Shown: positions 17,465 to 29,000 of the stretch, piece by piece | Position numbering within the stretch: the stretch's first letter is position 1 | How the letters are laid out: every line of letters begins with the position of its first letter | IMG/VR virus record: IMGVR_UViG_3300025645_000002 | Coordinates: 6,742-70,741 of that record | From: a virus | DNA: 64,000 nt | Reading direction: 5' to 3' (one strand) | Program-made: the position numbers and the translations under genes | The notes under the pieces: generated by a model | The model's database searches: none | Seen by the model: only the letters and a program-made list of their open reading frames with translations | What the model was told of the DNA's origin: nothing

Positions 17465-19622
17465 TTTCAATACATTCGCTCACCACCCGACCGTAGAGGA
17501 GATCTCCGATGTCCTCTGCGCACGCACAGAACGGAAAGCAAAACCCTTCTTCCGCATCCTAACCCTGTATTATCTCGGCATCGCTGCAAGCTGTATGCGG
17601 GCCAAGATTGACAGCCCGGTCTATGGCGAGATCCCGATCAATAACTATGTCGTGGCTCTTGCCACCTCTGGCTTCGGTAAGGGTAAATCCACAGGTTTCA
17701 TGGAAAATGAAATCATGTGCGACTTCCGCAACAGCTTCCGTGACTTCGTTCTGCCAACACAGATCGACGGTCGCATCGAGCAACTCGCATCCCGCTTCGC
17801 AGCCCTCAAGGGCACAGAAGAGGACAAGGAGCGTGCCTCCCTGCAACGTGAGGTCGCGACACTCGGTGAGTTCCCATTCGTCTTTGACGGTGGCTCTGAA
17901 TCTGCAATCAAGCAAGTCCGCCAACTCCTTCTCATGGCTGACTGCGGTGCCTTGAATCTTCAGATCGATGAGATCGGCCTGAACCTAGAGAAGATTGGAA
18001 CCCAAGAAGCCATGGGCGCTTATCTGGAGCTCTATGACCTTGGCATGATCAAGAACAAGCTCCTGAAGAACACCTCTGACAACAAGCGAGCCAAAGAGAT
18101 CGAGGGCAAGACGCCCGCCAATATGCTTTTGTTCGGTACGCCAACAAAGCTTTTGGATAGCGGCCCTCTGGAAAAGAAGTTCACCTCTATGCTCGAGACC
18201 GGTTACGCACGTCGGTCCCTCTTTGCATGGACAGACATTTCTGGCTCTGATGCCGACGACCGTACAGTCGATGAGATCTATGACGCGGCTACAAATCCGC
18301 TGAATACTCAAGCGACAAACAAATGGCGTAACCACTTCGCTGCGCTGGCTGACCCAATGAAACTCAACTGGACAATCTCAAGTACCGAGGAAACAGACAA
18401 GTTCCTCATCGAGTATAAGTTGGACTGTATGCGACGCTCCCGCGACCTCTCCGAGTTCGATGAGATCCGTAGAGCTGAGCTTGAGCACCGGTATTTCCGT
18501 GTGATGAAGGTCGCTGGCAGTTACGCGTTTACGGACGAGTCTATTGTTCTCACGCTGGATCACGTCAAAGCAGCCATTCGCCTCGTCGAAGAATCCGGCG
18601 AAGGCTTCCAGAAACTTCTCAACCGTGAACCACCACACGCAAAACTGGCGCGCTATATCGCCGGTGTTGAGACTGAGCTCACACATGCCGAGCTCTTCAA
18701 TGCCCTTCCGTTCTACAAATCTTCTTCTAAAGCAGAACGTATGGACCTTCTTACGATGGCAACATCGTGGGGATATCGTCAGCATATTATCCTTAAGCGT
18801 CAATATGTTGATGGCATCGAACTGATCTCTGGGGAGACTCTGAAAGAGACCTCCCTCGATTCAGTGTCTTTGAGCTACTCCGAAGACTGGGCCTATAACT
18901 ACGAGAGCGGCGAACTCGCTTTCGAAGATCTTCCAGGCCTGACCCAAGAGAATGGTCTGCACTGGAGCAACCACGGCTTCACAGACGGTCATCGCTGTGA
19001 AGAGAAAGCAATCGAAGGATTCAATCTCCTCGTCCTCGACGTAGACGGTGAAACCCCGATGCAACTGGTTCACGATCTTATGGAAGATCATGTCTTCATG
19101 ACGCACACCACCAAGCGTCATACCCCGGAGAAGAACCGGTTCCGCCTCATTCTGCCCATGAACTATCAACTCAAGCTGGATGCAGACGATTACCGTGAAT
19201 TCCAACACAACGTCATGGAGTGGCTCCCGTTCAAAGTTGACGAGAGCACAATCGATCGCTCACGCAAATGGCAGACATTCGCTAACGGAACACACCACAT
19301 GAACCTCGAAGGCCGGATGTTTGACGTCCTACCTTTCGTTCCTAAGACTGTCCGCAACGAGCAGCGTGTTCAGGAGATCAAGGAGCTTGGCTCTCTTGAT
19401 AATCTCGAGCGTTGGTTTGCCCAACGTATCGCTGACGGCAACCGCAACAACCAAATGGTCAAATTCGCTTTGGCTCTGGTTGATACCGGCATGTCCTACT
19501 TGGAAGTTGAGCAAAAAGTTCTCGATTTCAACGCCAAGATCAACAACGGATTGACCGTCGACGAGCTGCAAAGAACGGTCTTGGTCACTGCCGCAAAGCA
19601 CGCAGACAAACTCTCATCCTAA
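17457..19622 (+). CDS. DNA primase (N4 gp43/dns-like)
   Basis: SGFGKG, IDEIG, LVLDVDG, RFRLILP, GNRNN (PriCT-like). Confidence 0.85.
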   Translation: MDDFNTFAHHPTVEEISDVLCARTERKAKPFFRILTLYYLGIAASCMRAKIDSPVYGEIPINNYVVALATSGFGKGKSTGFMENEIMCDFRNSFRDFVLPTQIDGRIEQLASRFAALKGTEEDKERASLQREVATLGEFPFVFDGGSESAIKQVRQLLLMADCGALNLQIDEIGLNLEKIGTQEAMGAYLELYDLGMIKNKLLKNTSDNKRAKEIEGKTPANMLLFGTPTKLLDSGPLEKKFTSMLETGYARRSLFAWTDISGSDADDRTVDEIYDAATNPLNTQATNKWRNHFAALADPMKLNWTISSTEETDKFLIEYKLDCMRRSRDLSEFDEIRRAELEHRYFRVMKVAGSYAFTDESIVLTLDHVKAAIRLVEESGEGFQKLLNREPPHAKLARYIAGVETELTHAELFNALPFYKSSSKAERMDLLTMATSWGYRQHIILKRQYVDGIELISGETLKETSLDSVSLSYSEDWAYNYESGELAFEDLPGLTQENGLHWSNHGFTDGHRCEEKAIEGFNLLVLDVDGETPMQLVHDLMEDHVFMTHTTKRHTPEKNRFRLILPMNYQLKLDADDYREFQHNVMEWLPFKVDESTIDRSRKWQTFANGTHHMNLEGRMFDVLPFVPKTVRNEQRVQEIKELGSLDNLERWFAQRIADGNRNNQMVKFALALVDTGMSYLEVEQKVLDFNAKINNGLTVDELQRTVLVTAAKHADKLSS

Positions 19623-19685
19623 AATCTTCAGTTCGCCCGACAGCCTTTTTTGTTGGGCGAATCCCTCTAACGAAAGGACATTTCA

Positions 19686-20426
19686 ATGTCAGAAGACGTC
19701 TCAGACCAGATGAACGAACACCTTGTGTTTATCACTGGTGAGAGTGCCACAGGCAAAAGCGCATCCCTCCAGCACATCAAGAACCAAGAACGGTGGATGT
19801 ACCTGAACTGTGAGGCTGGCAAGCGCCTGCCATTCCGTAACAAGTTCGACTCGTACACCATCACTGATCCCTATGAGGTCTACGACGCAATCAAAGCAGC
19901 CTCTGAATCCGCTGACTACGACGGCGTCATTATCGATACCATCACCTTCCTGATGGAGATGTTCGAGACCCGGTATATCGTTGGCTCCTCGGATGGACAG
20001 AAAGCCTGGGGTGAATATCAGCAGTTCTTCAAACGTCTCATGCAAGAGTACGTTGCTGGCTCCTCGAAGAGTTTCATCTTCCTCGCGCACACGCGCACGG
20101 ATTATGACGAGAAAGCTCTCATGAATCGCACAGCTGTTCCGATCAAAGGAGCACTGAAAAACAACGGCTTGGAAGCCTATTTCTCCACTGTTGTTTCCAC
20201 CAAGAAGATCGAGCTCAAGAACTTGGGCGAGATCGACGAAGCACTCCTGCACACCACTCCGCAGGATGAGACACTGGGCTTCAAGTACGTCTTCCAGACC
20301 CAGCTCACGAAGTCCACTCTCGGCGAGCGCATCCGCTCTCCTATGGGCATGTTTGATCCACACCAGACTTACATGGACAATGATGCCCAACTCCTCCTCG
20401 ACCACCTGAGCGCCTACTACAGCTAG
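19686..20426 (+). CDS. AAA/Sak4-like ATPase (N4 gp44-like)
   Basis: GESATGKS, IIDTIT, FLAH. Confidence 0.82.
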   Translation: MSEDVSDQMNEHLVFITGESATGKSASLQHIKNQERWMYLNCEAGKRLPFRNKFDSYTITDPYEVYDAIKAASESADYDGVIIDTITFLMEMFETRYIVGSSDGQKAWGEYQQFFKRLMQEYVAGSSKSFIFLAHTRTDYDEKALMNRTAVPIKGALKNNGLEAYFSTVVSTKKIELKNLGEIDEALLHTTPQDETLGFKYVFQTQLTKSTLGERIRSPMGMFDPHQTYMDNDAQLLLDHLSAYYS

Positions 20427-20469
20427 TCGTTCATTCCCCCCTCCCCTCCCCCTTTGAAAAGGAAATCCT

Positions 20470-21213
20470 ATGACCAAAATGTTTGGTAACCTCAGCACTG
20501 AAAACCTAGAAACAGCAACCGACACTCTTGGCGGTGGCTTTGAGCCAGTACCGTCAGGCGTTTACGACGGTACAATTGAACTGGCTTACGCTGGTATTTC
20601 CTCCGGCGGCGCTTCAAGCGTAACAGTCCACTTCAAAACTGATGGGCGTGAGGTCCGTGAAACGATCTACATCAGCAACAAAAAAGGCGAAAACTTCTAC
20701 GCCGACAAGCAAGACGCCAAGAAGAAGCACCCGTTGCCCGGCTTCACAACCATCAATGATCTTTGCCTTCTCGCTGCCGGTGAGCCTCTCGCCGAGCAGG
20801 AAACGGAAGAGAAGACCGTCAAAATCTACAACTTTGACGAACGCAAAGAAATACCCACACCGGTGCAATGCCTGACTGCGCTGCACGGTAAAGAGATCTC
20901 TTTGGCCATTCTCCGCGAAGTCGTGGACAAAGAGAAAAAGGACGGCTCCGGCGTGTATCAGCCAACTGGCGAAACACGTAACCAGAATGCGATCGACAAG
21001 GTCTTCCATTCTGAAACGGGCCGTACTGTTAACGAGTACCTTCAGGAAGTTGAGACTCCTGAGTTCCGCGATGCTTGGGCAACCAAGCATACTGGCAAAG
21101 ACCGTCTGAAAACCAAGGGCGTTGCTGCCTCTGGTGCCGGTCAAGCTGGTACGGGTCGCCCTGGTGGCGATAGCGACAATTCTGCCAAGAAAAACATCTT
21201 TGGTAAGAAGTAA
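20470..21213 (+). CDS. ssb: N4-type single-stranded DNA-binding protein / late activator (gp45-like)
   Basis: DTLGGG..SGVY, LPGF..NDLCLL, C-terminal KKNIFG; synteny. Confidence 0.8.
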   Translation: MTKMFGNLSTENLETATDTLGGGFEPVPSGVYDGTIELAYAGISSGGASSVTVHFKTDGREVRETIYISNKKGENFYADKQDAKKKHPLPGFTTINDLCLLAAGEPLAEQETEEKTVKIYNFDERKEIPTPVQCLTALHGKEISLAILREVVDKEKKDGSGVYQPTGETRNQNAIDKVFHSETGRTVNEYLQEVETPEFRDAWATKHTGKDRLKTKGVAASGAGQAGTGRPGGDSDNSAKKNIFGKK

Positions 21214-21219
21214 GCGTCC

Positions 21220-21702
21220 GTGCTGTTTATTGGTATAGACCCAGGGAAGAAGGGGGCAATCGCCCTCTTCGACCCCTCTCCGCATACCCTCCATGTTGAG
21301 GACATGCCCCTCGTCCCTCGGCCGCAAGGCAAAAAGGGAGAAGATACCAATTACGCTGCCCTAGCGGAACTCCTTCAAAAACCTCCTGGAACCAAGGTCT
21401 TCGCTCTCATGGAGAATGTTTGGTCCATGCCTCGAGAAGGGGTTTCCTCAGCTCACGCGTTTGGCCGCAATAACGGCGCCCTGCTCATGGGCTTAGCTGC
21501 TGGGAAAATTCCTCACGGCCTGATCACGGCTTCCAAATGGAAGAAGTATTTCGGGTTATCCTCCGACAAAGGCGCAAGCCGTTCTCTAGCCATCCAGCGT
21601 TTCCCTGATGCCGCCGATCTCTTTATCCGCGTCAAAGATGACGGTCGCGCTGAAGCTGCGCTTTTGGCTCTGTACGCCTTTGAGACAATGAAAGTGACCT
21701 AA
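21220..21702 (+). CDS. RuvC-like Holliday junction resolvase
   Basis: IGIDPGKKGAIA, E, DGRAEAALLA. Confidence 0.85.
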   Translation: MLFIGIDPGKKGAIALFDPSPHTLHVEDMPLVPRPQGKKGEDTNYAALAELLQKPPGTKVFALMENVWSMPREGVSSAHAFGRNNGALLMGLAAGKIPHGLITASKWKKYFGLSSDKGASRSLAIQRFPDAADLFIRVKDDGRAEAALLALYAFETMKVT

Positions 21703-21703
21703 T

Positions 21704-21940
21704 ATGCCCCACAAATGGGAAGAAGACATGGAGAAAGTCCATGCTGCCCTCCAAGAAGCGGGGGTTGGTTTGACCAAGCGTGAAATCGCTGTGTCCGCCA
21801 TGCGCCCCATAAGCGCCATCTCCACTGCAGTCACACGGCTCCAAGCCGCAGACAAGATCCACTCCGTATATCAGGATTCCACCCGCGTCTTTGGTAACCA
21901 GACCAAACTCTACGTCTACGGACCTGAACAAACGCACTGA
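21704..21940 (+). CDS. Hypothetical protein, possible winged HTH
   Basis: GLTKREIA...ISTAVTRL. Confidence 0.55.
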   Translation: MPHKWEEDMEKVHAALQEAGVGLTKREIAVSAMRPISAISTAVTRLQAADKIHSVYQDSTRVFGNQTKLYVYGPEQTH

Positions 21941-21966
21941 AACCCGCATAAAAGGAACAATACCCT

Positions 21967-22404
21967 ATGCAAATTAGCCTGAATGAGAAAGAGATCACAG
22001 AAGCTGTCACTAAACAGGTTCTGGAGATGATCTCCTTGAAAGCGAACCAAAACATCACTGTTGATTTCACAGCCGGTCGTGGCACCAATGGCCTCACCGC
22101 CAACATCGAGATCAATGACGGCGCAACCAGCTCAAAGCCAGTCCCGCGCACTGCCATCCAGGCCGTCCCTTCGACGCAAGAAGAGGAAGACACGTCTGAG
22201 CCGGAAGCTGCTGAAACTCCCGAACCAGTGAAGAAGTCACCTGTTTTCGGTAAGCCGAAATCCTCCGGGGCGCAGGATGAGTTAACTGAAGCTGAGGCAC
22301 CCGCCGAAGACTCAGAAACTGAGGGCGATGCTTCTGAAGAAGCTGAGGCTCCTGCTGACAAGCCAGCGAACAAGTCGATCTTCGCCAAGAAGAAGGCTAG
22401 CTAG
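21967..22404 (+). CDS. Conserved N4-like acidic protein
   Basis: MQISLNEKEI..FTAGRGTNGLTA; C-terminal KSIF. Confidence 0.7.
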   Translation: MQISLNEKEITEAVTKQVLEMISLKANQNITVDFTAGRGTNGLTANIEINDGATSSKPVPRTAIQAVPSTQEEEDTSEPEAAETPEPVKKSPVFGKPKSSGAQDELTEAEAPAEDSETEGDASEEAEAPADKPANKSIFAKKKAS

Positions 22405-22427
22405 ACTCAAAGCGTCTTACGTCGAAT

Positions 22428-22461
22428 ACCGTCTTCCTGTTCTCAGGGAGGCGGTTTTTTT
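22428..22461 (+). terminator. Intrinsic terminator
   Basis: ACCGTCTTCCTG/CAGGGAGGCGGT stem followed by a T-run. Confidence 0.75.
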
Positions 22462-22484
22462 ATGCCTATATCAGAGAGGTTCCC

Positions 22485-22811
22485 ATGCTTGATCATGAAA
22501 TTCTTACCCCACCTCCACCAACACCCAAGGAACTCCTTGCCGTTGTTGCAGAGATGTATGGTCCCCCACCCAATCCCGACAACCCTTTTGAGGACACCAA
22601 AGCAATCACGCTCAAACGCCTTGCTGTAGATATCCTTGTCTCGTCTTTTGGTGATGATGACCCGCTGTCACAGATGGCGCGTGTCTATCTCAACTCGGGG
22701 CTCAGTCCCTACCCCAGTCCCGCTGACGCAGAAGAGCGCCTTTCAGCCTTCAACGCCGCAGCTGCCTCTGTGGTCTTCCAACTCGAAGCCGCCACTGAGA
22801 ACCCCTTGTGA
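22485..22811 (+). CDS. Hypothetical protein
   Basis: GAGAGG RBS. Confidence 0.6.
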   Translation: MLDHEILTPPPPTPKELLAVVAEMYGPPPNPDNPFEDTKAITLKRLAVDILVSSFGDDDPLSQMARVYLNSGLSPYPSPADAEERLSAFNAAAASVVFQLEAATENPL

Positions 22812-22969
22812 TGATGACGGTGCTCGCAGTCTTCGTCATCCTCCTTCTCGCCCTCATGGCTCTCGTCAGTGGTATTTGGTTCGTCCTCGCCCTGATCATC
22901 TTTGGCTTCTGTCTCTTGGTCATCTTCCTCATTATCGCTGTTTTCTTTGGAGACGATGATGAGAAATAA
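22811..22969 (+). CDS. Small membrane protein (52 aa)
   Basis: Hand-translated MMTVLAVFVILLLALMALVSGIWFVLALIIFGFCLLVIFLIIAVFFGDDDEK. Confidence 0.6.
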   Translation: MMTVLAVFVILLLALMALVSGIWFVLALIIFGFCLLVIFLIIAVFFGDDDEK

Positions 22970-22970
22970 A

Positions 22971-23000
22971 AAAGACCTCCCAGAAAACTGGGAGGTCTTT
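22971..23000. terminator. Bidirectional terminator between the middle and late blocks
   Basis: Perfect inverted repeat AAAGACCTCCCAG/CTGGGAGGTCTTT. Confidence 0.8.
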
Positions 23001-23076
23001 GTCACTGCCGACAAGTGGGAAACTGTTAGGTATATGACCACTTCTTTATAGAGGAGTCCCTCTCACACGGCTACCC

Positions 23077-26000
23077 CTACCACGGAAGCAAATTATCCGT
23101 GATCGCGTGGAACGGGTGGAGTTGCGGTGAATTCAGCCCCATCTCTGGTCCGAAGGAGAACGGTAGGCTGTCATCCATGTATTTACCGAACAGGGATCCT
23201 GACATAACACTGTCTACTCCGGCTGCAGGACCTACCTGCCCCATCATGACCAGCGACGACAATGGACGTTCCCGCATCATATTTGCAGAGACCTTCATGA
23301 TCCGTAGCGCATAGTTCATGAACCAGACCATGCCCATGCTTTCCAGATAATCCCGCCCACGTCCTGGCAAGCGGTTATACTGCACGAACTCTTCCATGAT
23401 GATATCAAGCACCTCGCGCTGGTCTTTACCCTGCGCAATGAGATGATCGTACAACACAGCCTTGGCGACGAAGTCACCATATTGGACCATCCGGTTCAGG
23501 CCTTTGAAGATCGCCGTATCCTTCGTGATCGCGATATTCCGGGCCACGGTGCCTGCTGACTCTGGCAAACGATCAACCGCTTTCTCGATGTAATCCATCA
23601 AACGGCCCTCACGCACGGCTACGTCCGCCTCTGTGAGGTCTTCTGAGATCGTGGAGAACTCACCCGCCTCAATCAAAGGAGCGATCGACATGCGCTTGTT
23701 TGCCGCCTCTAGGGACGCAATCCTTGCTTTGATCTTGTTACCCGCGTCTGTGTCTTCAATCCGCGCTGCATAAGAAATCTGCAGTTCGCTGATCTTCTCC
23801 TTGTTGCGCACATACTCTTGGATCTCCAAGATCTTCTCGCGTCCGCTTGTTGCAATCGTGTTCACCGGTACGCCTCGCAGTGTCAGATGCAATACGTTGG
23901 AGACAATGTTGGCCGTACCCACAACCGCGGATCTGACAATGATTGTTGTCTTCGCAACGCCAACCGCATCCTGCGCAAACATCTCACCCTTCTTGAGCCA
24001 AGGATATGCTCGCTTGCCTCCGATGAGTGTGACCAGATCCTTGACCACTTTCTGGGCTTTTGGATCAAGACGCGACTGTCCTGTCCACACATCTGTGATC
24101 GACGGAGCCCGATACCCTACCACATCTTCGATGAGATCTTTACGCACATAGAACGTATCAGGCGACTCGAAGATCTCCTCTGCGTATTCCTTGATCCCAG
24201 CACCCATTGTGGCCCATGCATCCTTGTAGATCTTATCTTTGATCTTTGGATCTGCAATGTTCACGTATTCGGCGCCACGTCCTTTGGCCAAACCCTCTTT
24301 GTAATTCTCCATCACACCATCGACGAGCACTTCGTTGAATTCGTGTGCTGCCTCTTCCTCAAGAAGACGTCCTGCCCACACACCGAGCATCCGCCCCATG
24401 TGCGTGTCTTTCTGAAGACCCCGTGTTTTGGCTGGATCCATGTGACGGTCATACCCCACAACATTCCAATCCTGATCAAAGATCGGCATCATGTACTCAC
24501 CCGGAGCCAAGTTATCGAGGCTTCCTGGCTGTGCACGTGCCATTCTCTCGCCAATACGGCCCGCCCTGACGCCTTTGAGTGTCCCTGCCACTGTATCGCT
24601 GCTCAGAGCCCCTGTAAGGACGCTGACGCCGCTGTACGTCGTGTGTACGGTCTGTGCTATGCCCTGCTTGAAGGTGGCTTTGCCTGCCGTTGTAGACTGG
24701 TAATAGCCCCGACGCTCACGCACATCCTCATCACGGCTACCATTGTAGTCACCAATGCGGACCCACCCCTGCATTTCCAGCTCTTGCTGGTTGCTGTCGA
24801 ATTCCACAACCACTTTTGAATTTGGCTGCGTTGCGTTTGGCACGTACCCATGCAGTGCATTGTGCGTCGCAATAGCCCTCTTCTCTGGATCAGCAGACAA
24901 AGTCTTTTCCAATTCCAGTGCGCGCACCGAAGCTGTCAGACCAATGACTGCATCCATTCCGGCACTCTCTTTTGCCATCAGATCGGCCATTGCTTTCTTC
25001 GATGCAGCGTCAGTCATCTGATACGCATAGAGCGCCACCAACCGATCGACCTGATCAATCGTTGCTTGGCTCACTGTAGCCGGATCTGGCCTCCCCTTCT
25101 CACCACCCAAGTGTGCAATTGCATAAGCATTCCGCAGCAAGTGTGTGCTGGTCAGTTCATCCGTTACACGGAAGCGCGCCAGAGCTTTTGCTTTGTCTGC
25201 GTACCGGCTTACGAAGTTTGGAGCCAATCCCTGAAGACCTTCCAGAGTGTCTGCAATTCGCTGGTCTACTGTCGCCGGGTTTGCCAGAAGTGCTTTGCTC
25301 TCAACCAGTCCCAGAATGCTCAGGCCTGTTGTGCCGATTGCCTTGTGTATCCCTGCCCATTCTTTGCCTTCAAGCTTACGGCTGAAAGCCTTAGCCAACG
25401 TCTCTGGTGTGTTTTCGCGGAAGTCCTGACGCAGCGCATCGATCTTGGCTTTGACCGGGTTGATCAAACGCAGCAAGTTCATGTTGCTTGTGTTTCCCCC
25501 ACGCAAGTCATGCAATGTGGCGCGTACTGTGTTCCAGCCCTCGATACTGTTGAGGAATGTCGTCATCGTATCACCGCGGGCTTCAGACTCTGTCTTCGAT
25601 CCCATGGCTGCAATGAAACTCATTGTGTTGAAGGCCAGCTTTTTGGTTTTATTGTCCGTGGCATTTGCACGTCCACGGGTGAACCGGCTTGCCTGTGTGC
25701 TCTTTGTATCCACGTACCCGGCGACCGCTGCGTTGGCTTTGTCGATCTGTTTGCTCAGTGCACCTGAAGCTTTATCCAGACGCGTCTCGCTATCGAGCGC
25801 CGAGATCCCTTGTGACAATGCGTCCAGTATCCGTCCAGCGGAACCCTGCCGGCCGATGTCCTTGAAGCTCAATCGAGCCAAAGCAGACATGGCGAAACTA
25901 CCTGCGGATTCAATCGCTGTGTCAAAGCTGCTGTACTCGAACTTCGCGCTCGGCGTCACTTCCATGCCCGCCAATGCTTCACGGAACAATGGGCTGCTTT

Positions 26001-29000
26001 CGCTCAGAGCCAAGAACTTCACCATCAGCTCTGTGTCGCGACCACTTTGCAGGTACGCGATCTGTGCCTTGGCTGTGTCTTCATCAATGGCTCCAGCATT
26101 CACCATGATCTCAGGTGTGATCTTTGAGAGCACCTCATCGTGAAGCGCATGCAACTGACGCAGAAGTGCTGGGTTCAATTCAACCGCACTGCTCATGAAG
26201 GAATGCACTGACCTGAAAGCACGTTGCTGTGCCACACTCATTTTGAAACCGGCAGCCACTGCGCGCTCAGCACCCTTACGACCATCAAGCAATAGCTTTG
26301 CAGTATCCCGTTTGATCTGTTCACGTTGAGCTGCGGTCGATTCATTGGCCCCAGTCTTGATTGCTTTACGACGTGCTTCCAAAAACTGACGACCCCGGCG
26401 CTGATACCGTTGGTTGATGTGCCATACACGCTTTGCAGCCTCGGACTGATTTCCACTTTGGTTCATCACCAGATCCGCAGAGCTTGTTGTCTCTGCCGCA
26501 TCCATCAGGATTACCTTCGTGTTGAAGCGTACCTGATCGAAGATGTCCTTTGTGGGCACGTCACTGTTACTCAGCCCCAAGATACGCTTAAGCGCAGCCA
26601 GGCTCTGCTTCACGACACGGCTGAACCGCTGATAGGATGTCATCCCGGCTGACCAGTCTGACAAGCCTTGGTTCGTCAAGATGTACGCTACGAACTCCAG
26701 CATCTGCTCCGTAGGCTGACCTTCGTAATCATTGAGAACTTCTTGCAGTGTCGCCAGACCTGCATTGACAGCATTCATGCCACGGACTTCAGCCATCAGA
26801 CCGGTGAGGTTGTTCATGCCAAGCGTGACTTGCTCAGGAGCATTCTCAGGGTCTTTGTAGAATTCCGACACAACCGAGGCTGTCTTCGTGTGCATCATCT
26901 CATGCAGGAACGTCTCTGGCGTCTGGTTGGTTACAAATGCAATGCCCTCACCCAGATACGTGACACCGGCTTTGATCGGGTCATTCCCCAAGTCAGGGTA
27001 CGCATCTGCACGGAAAGCATTCAGTTCGGCTTCAGTTCCGAAGTAATACTGCGTTCCTGCGATCGCTGGATCTTTCCAGAAGAACTCCCCGAGGATCTTA
27101 CGTTTGGAACCAGACAAAGATGTCTTCATCTTTCCGAGGGCTTTGGTCAGTGTCTTTCCCGACACGCGCCGTACGCCTGGATGACTCCCAGAAACAGGTT
27201 CACCAATCTCATTCAGCGCCTCTGTGAAGACTGGGTCCACTGGGTCAAGATACCCGTCTTCTTGGGTTTCTTCCTTGGCCATTTCCGCTTCAACAGTCTT
27301 GTTCAGCTCTGCAGCAATAGCAGCAGCATCTAGCGGAGATGCACCTGCAATGGTGCGTCCCTCCGTGCTGTGAGGCTTCTCTGCCCCTGCCATGTGGTCA
27401 ACCTGCGCTGCCATCTCTGACATCGCTTTCTTGCGTGCTGCCTGTTCTTTGGCCTTTTGGTTAAGGACATCCACAACCGACTGCAAATCTGCATAGGCAG
27501 GAAGTTTCCCCTTCTCGAGGCCCATTGCACGACCGATTTCCTTCTTCGTGTCTGCGCTCAAAGAATTCCACATCTCAGGTGTCAGGCGGGTCAGCATAGC
27601 GGTGAAGCCCTCCGACACACCTTGGTACATATTGCTTTGCATCCAAGCATCCCACACCGCTTTGTTAATCGCGGGAGCCTGATCCTCAATCCTATCGATC
27701 GCCATCTCGACGCCGTCGAAGACGGCAAGAGTGGCGGTCATATCTGCCTCAATCTGATCGTAAATGTTGAGCATCATCTGCCCGTCACCAAGACCGATTG
27801 TCATGTAAGGTGAGACTTTCACAGACGCATCTGCAGGCTGAACCCCAGTCAGTTTTGCTGCGAGTTTTCCGCTAAAGCTTTCCGAGGCCACTTTGTCCAG
27901 ACGGTCCCGCTCAGGCTTAGCAATATGGAAGCTTGCATCAGGGCTCTCGTAGATCGGTGCGAAGCCCATCATTTCAATGAAGCTCTCCTCCAGATCTACT
28001 TCGGACGGTATAGTACCGGCCTCGCCTGTCAGCATTCCTTCTTGGTTCTGCCTAAACAGCTCCTTGAAGATAAGCGTCTGAATGCTCGCTGCGCCTTGGA
28101 TCAACTGCATGTTTGTGCGCAGTCCCCCGGTCGCCCGGTTAACCGACTGCATCATAGGCTCTGCGAAGTTTTCCTGAATCCTCGTTGATGCCGTCAAAAA
28201 CGAAGCTGCATTCATTGAGGCATTCACAGGATCAGCGAAGACCTTTTGCAACTCCCGTACATCTTCAATGTCTCCAAACAACGCAGCCAGATCCGCCATG
28301 AGGTCTTGGTTCTTTTGGAAGGTCGGGTGAGACATCCAGCCTTTAGGCAAACTGCCGTCAGCTTTACCTTTGGCGATCTCAGACATCGTCTTGTAGATCT
28401 CTTTAACAATCGCGTTCGTCAGTTTGTCGGCGATGCCTTTTTCACCCGAACCATACAGGAAGACCGTCAAGGGGTTTTTCACCAAACCTCGTTTGATCCT
28501 GATTGGATCTCCTTCGATCCCTGTCAGCTCAAAATCAGGCAAGAACGCATCGAACACCCGCATAAGCGACATGTTCTTTTCCAGCTCCGCTGGGTCAGAT
28601 GTGAGACTATCTTCCAGATCTGCGGCCGCCAGGTGATATAGATCCTGCGCCCGGTTATCTTCGTTGCCTGTTACGCCAACCTCCTGCTCGATATAATCGC
28701 TCAAAGATGTTGGCTGATCTGTGAAGAACAATCCTCCCTTAGCGAACCGCACCACATCCATTGCAGTGAATAGGCCCGTTGCCATGTTCACCATGGCATT
28801 AACTGGACCATCCGTTTTACCGTCAGCCTCGAGTGCAAGGTGGGTAATGAACTCGCTGCCCTGCTCTTGGTTCAGTTCCGCTACAGTCATCAGCGCGTGC
28901 ACAAGCTTCGCTGTGGGCTCTACGCCGCCTTTGGCGATGGCTGCTGCCAGATCACCCTGACGTAACTCGCCGGTCTCTAGCCAGTTCTCCAACACCACGA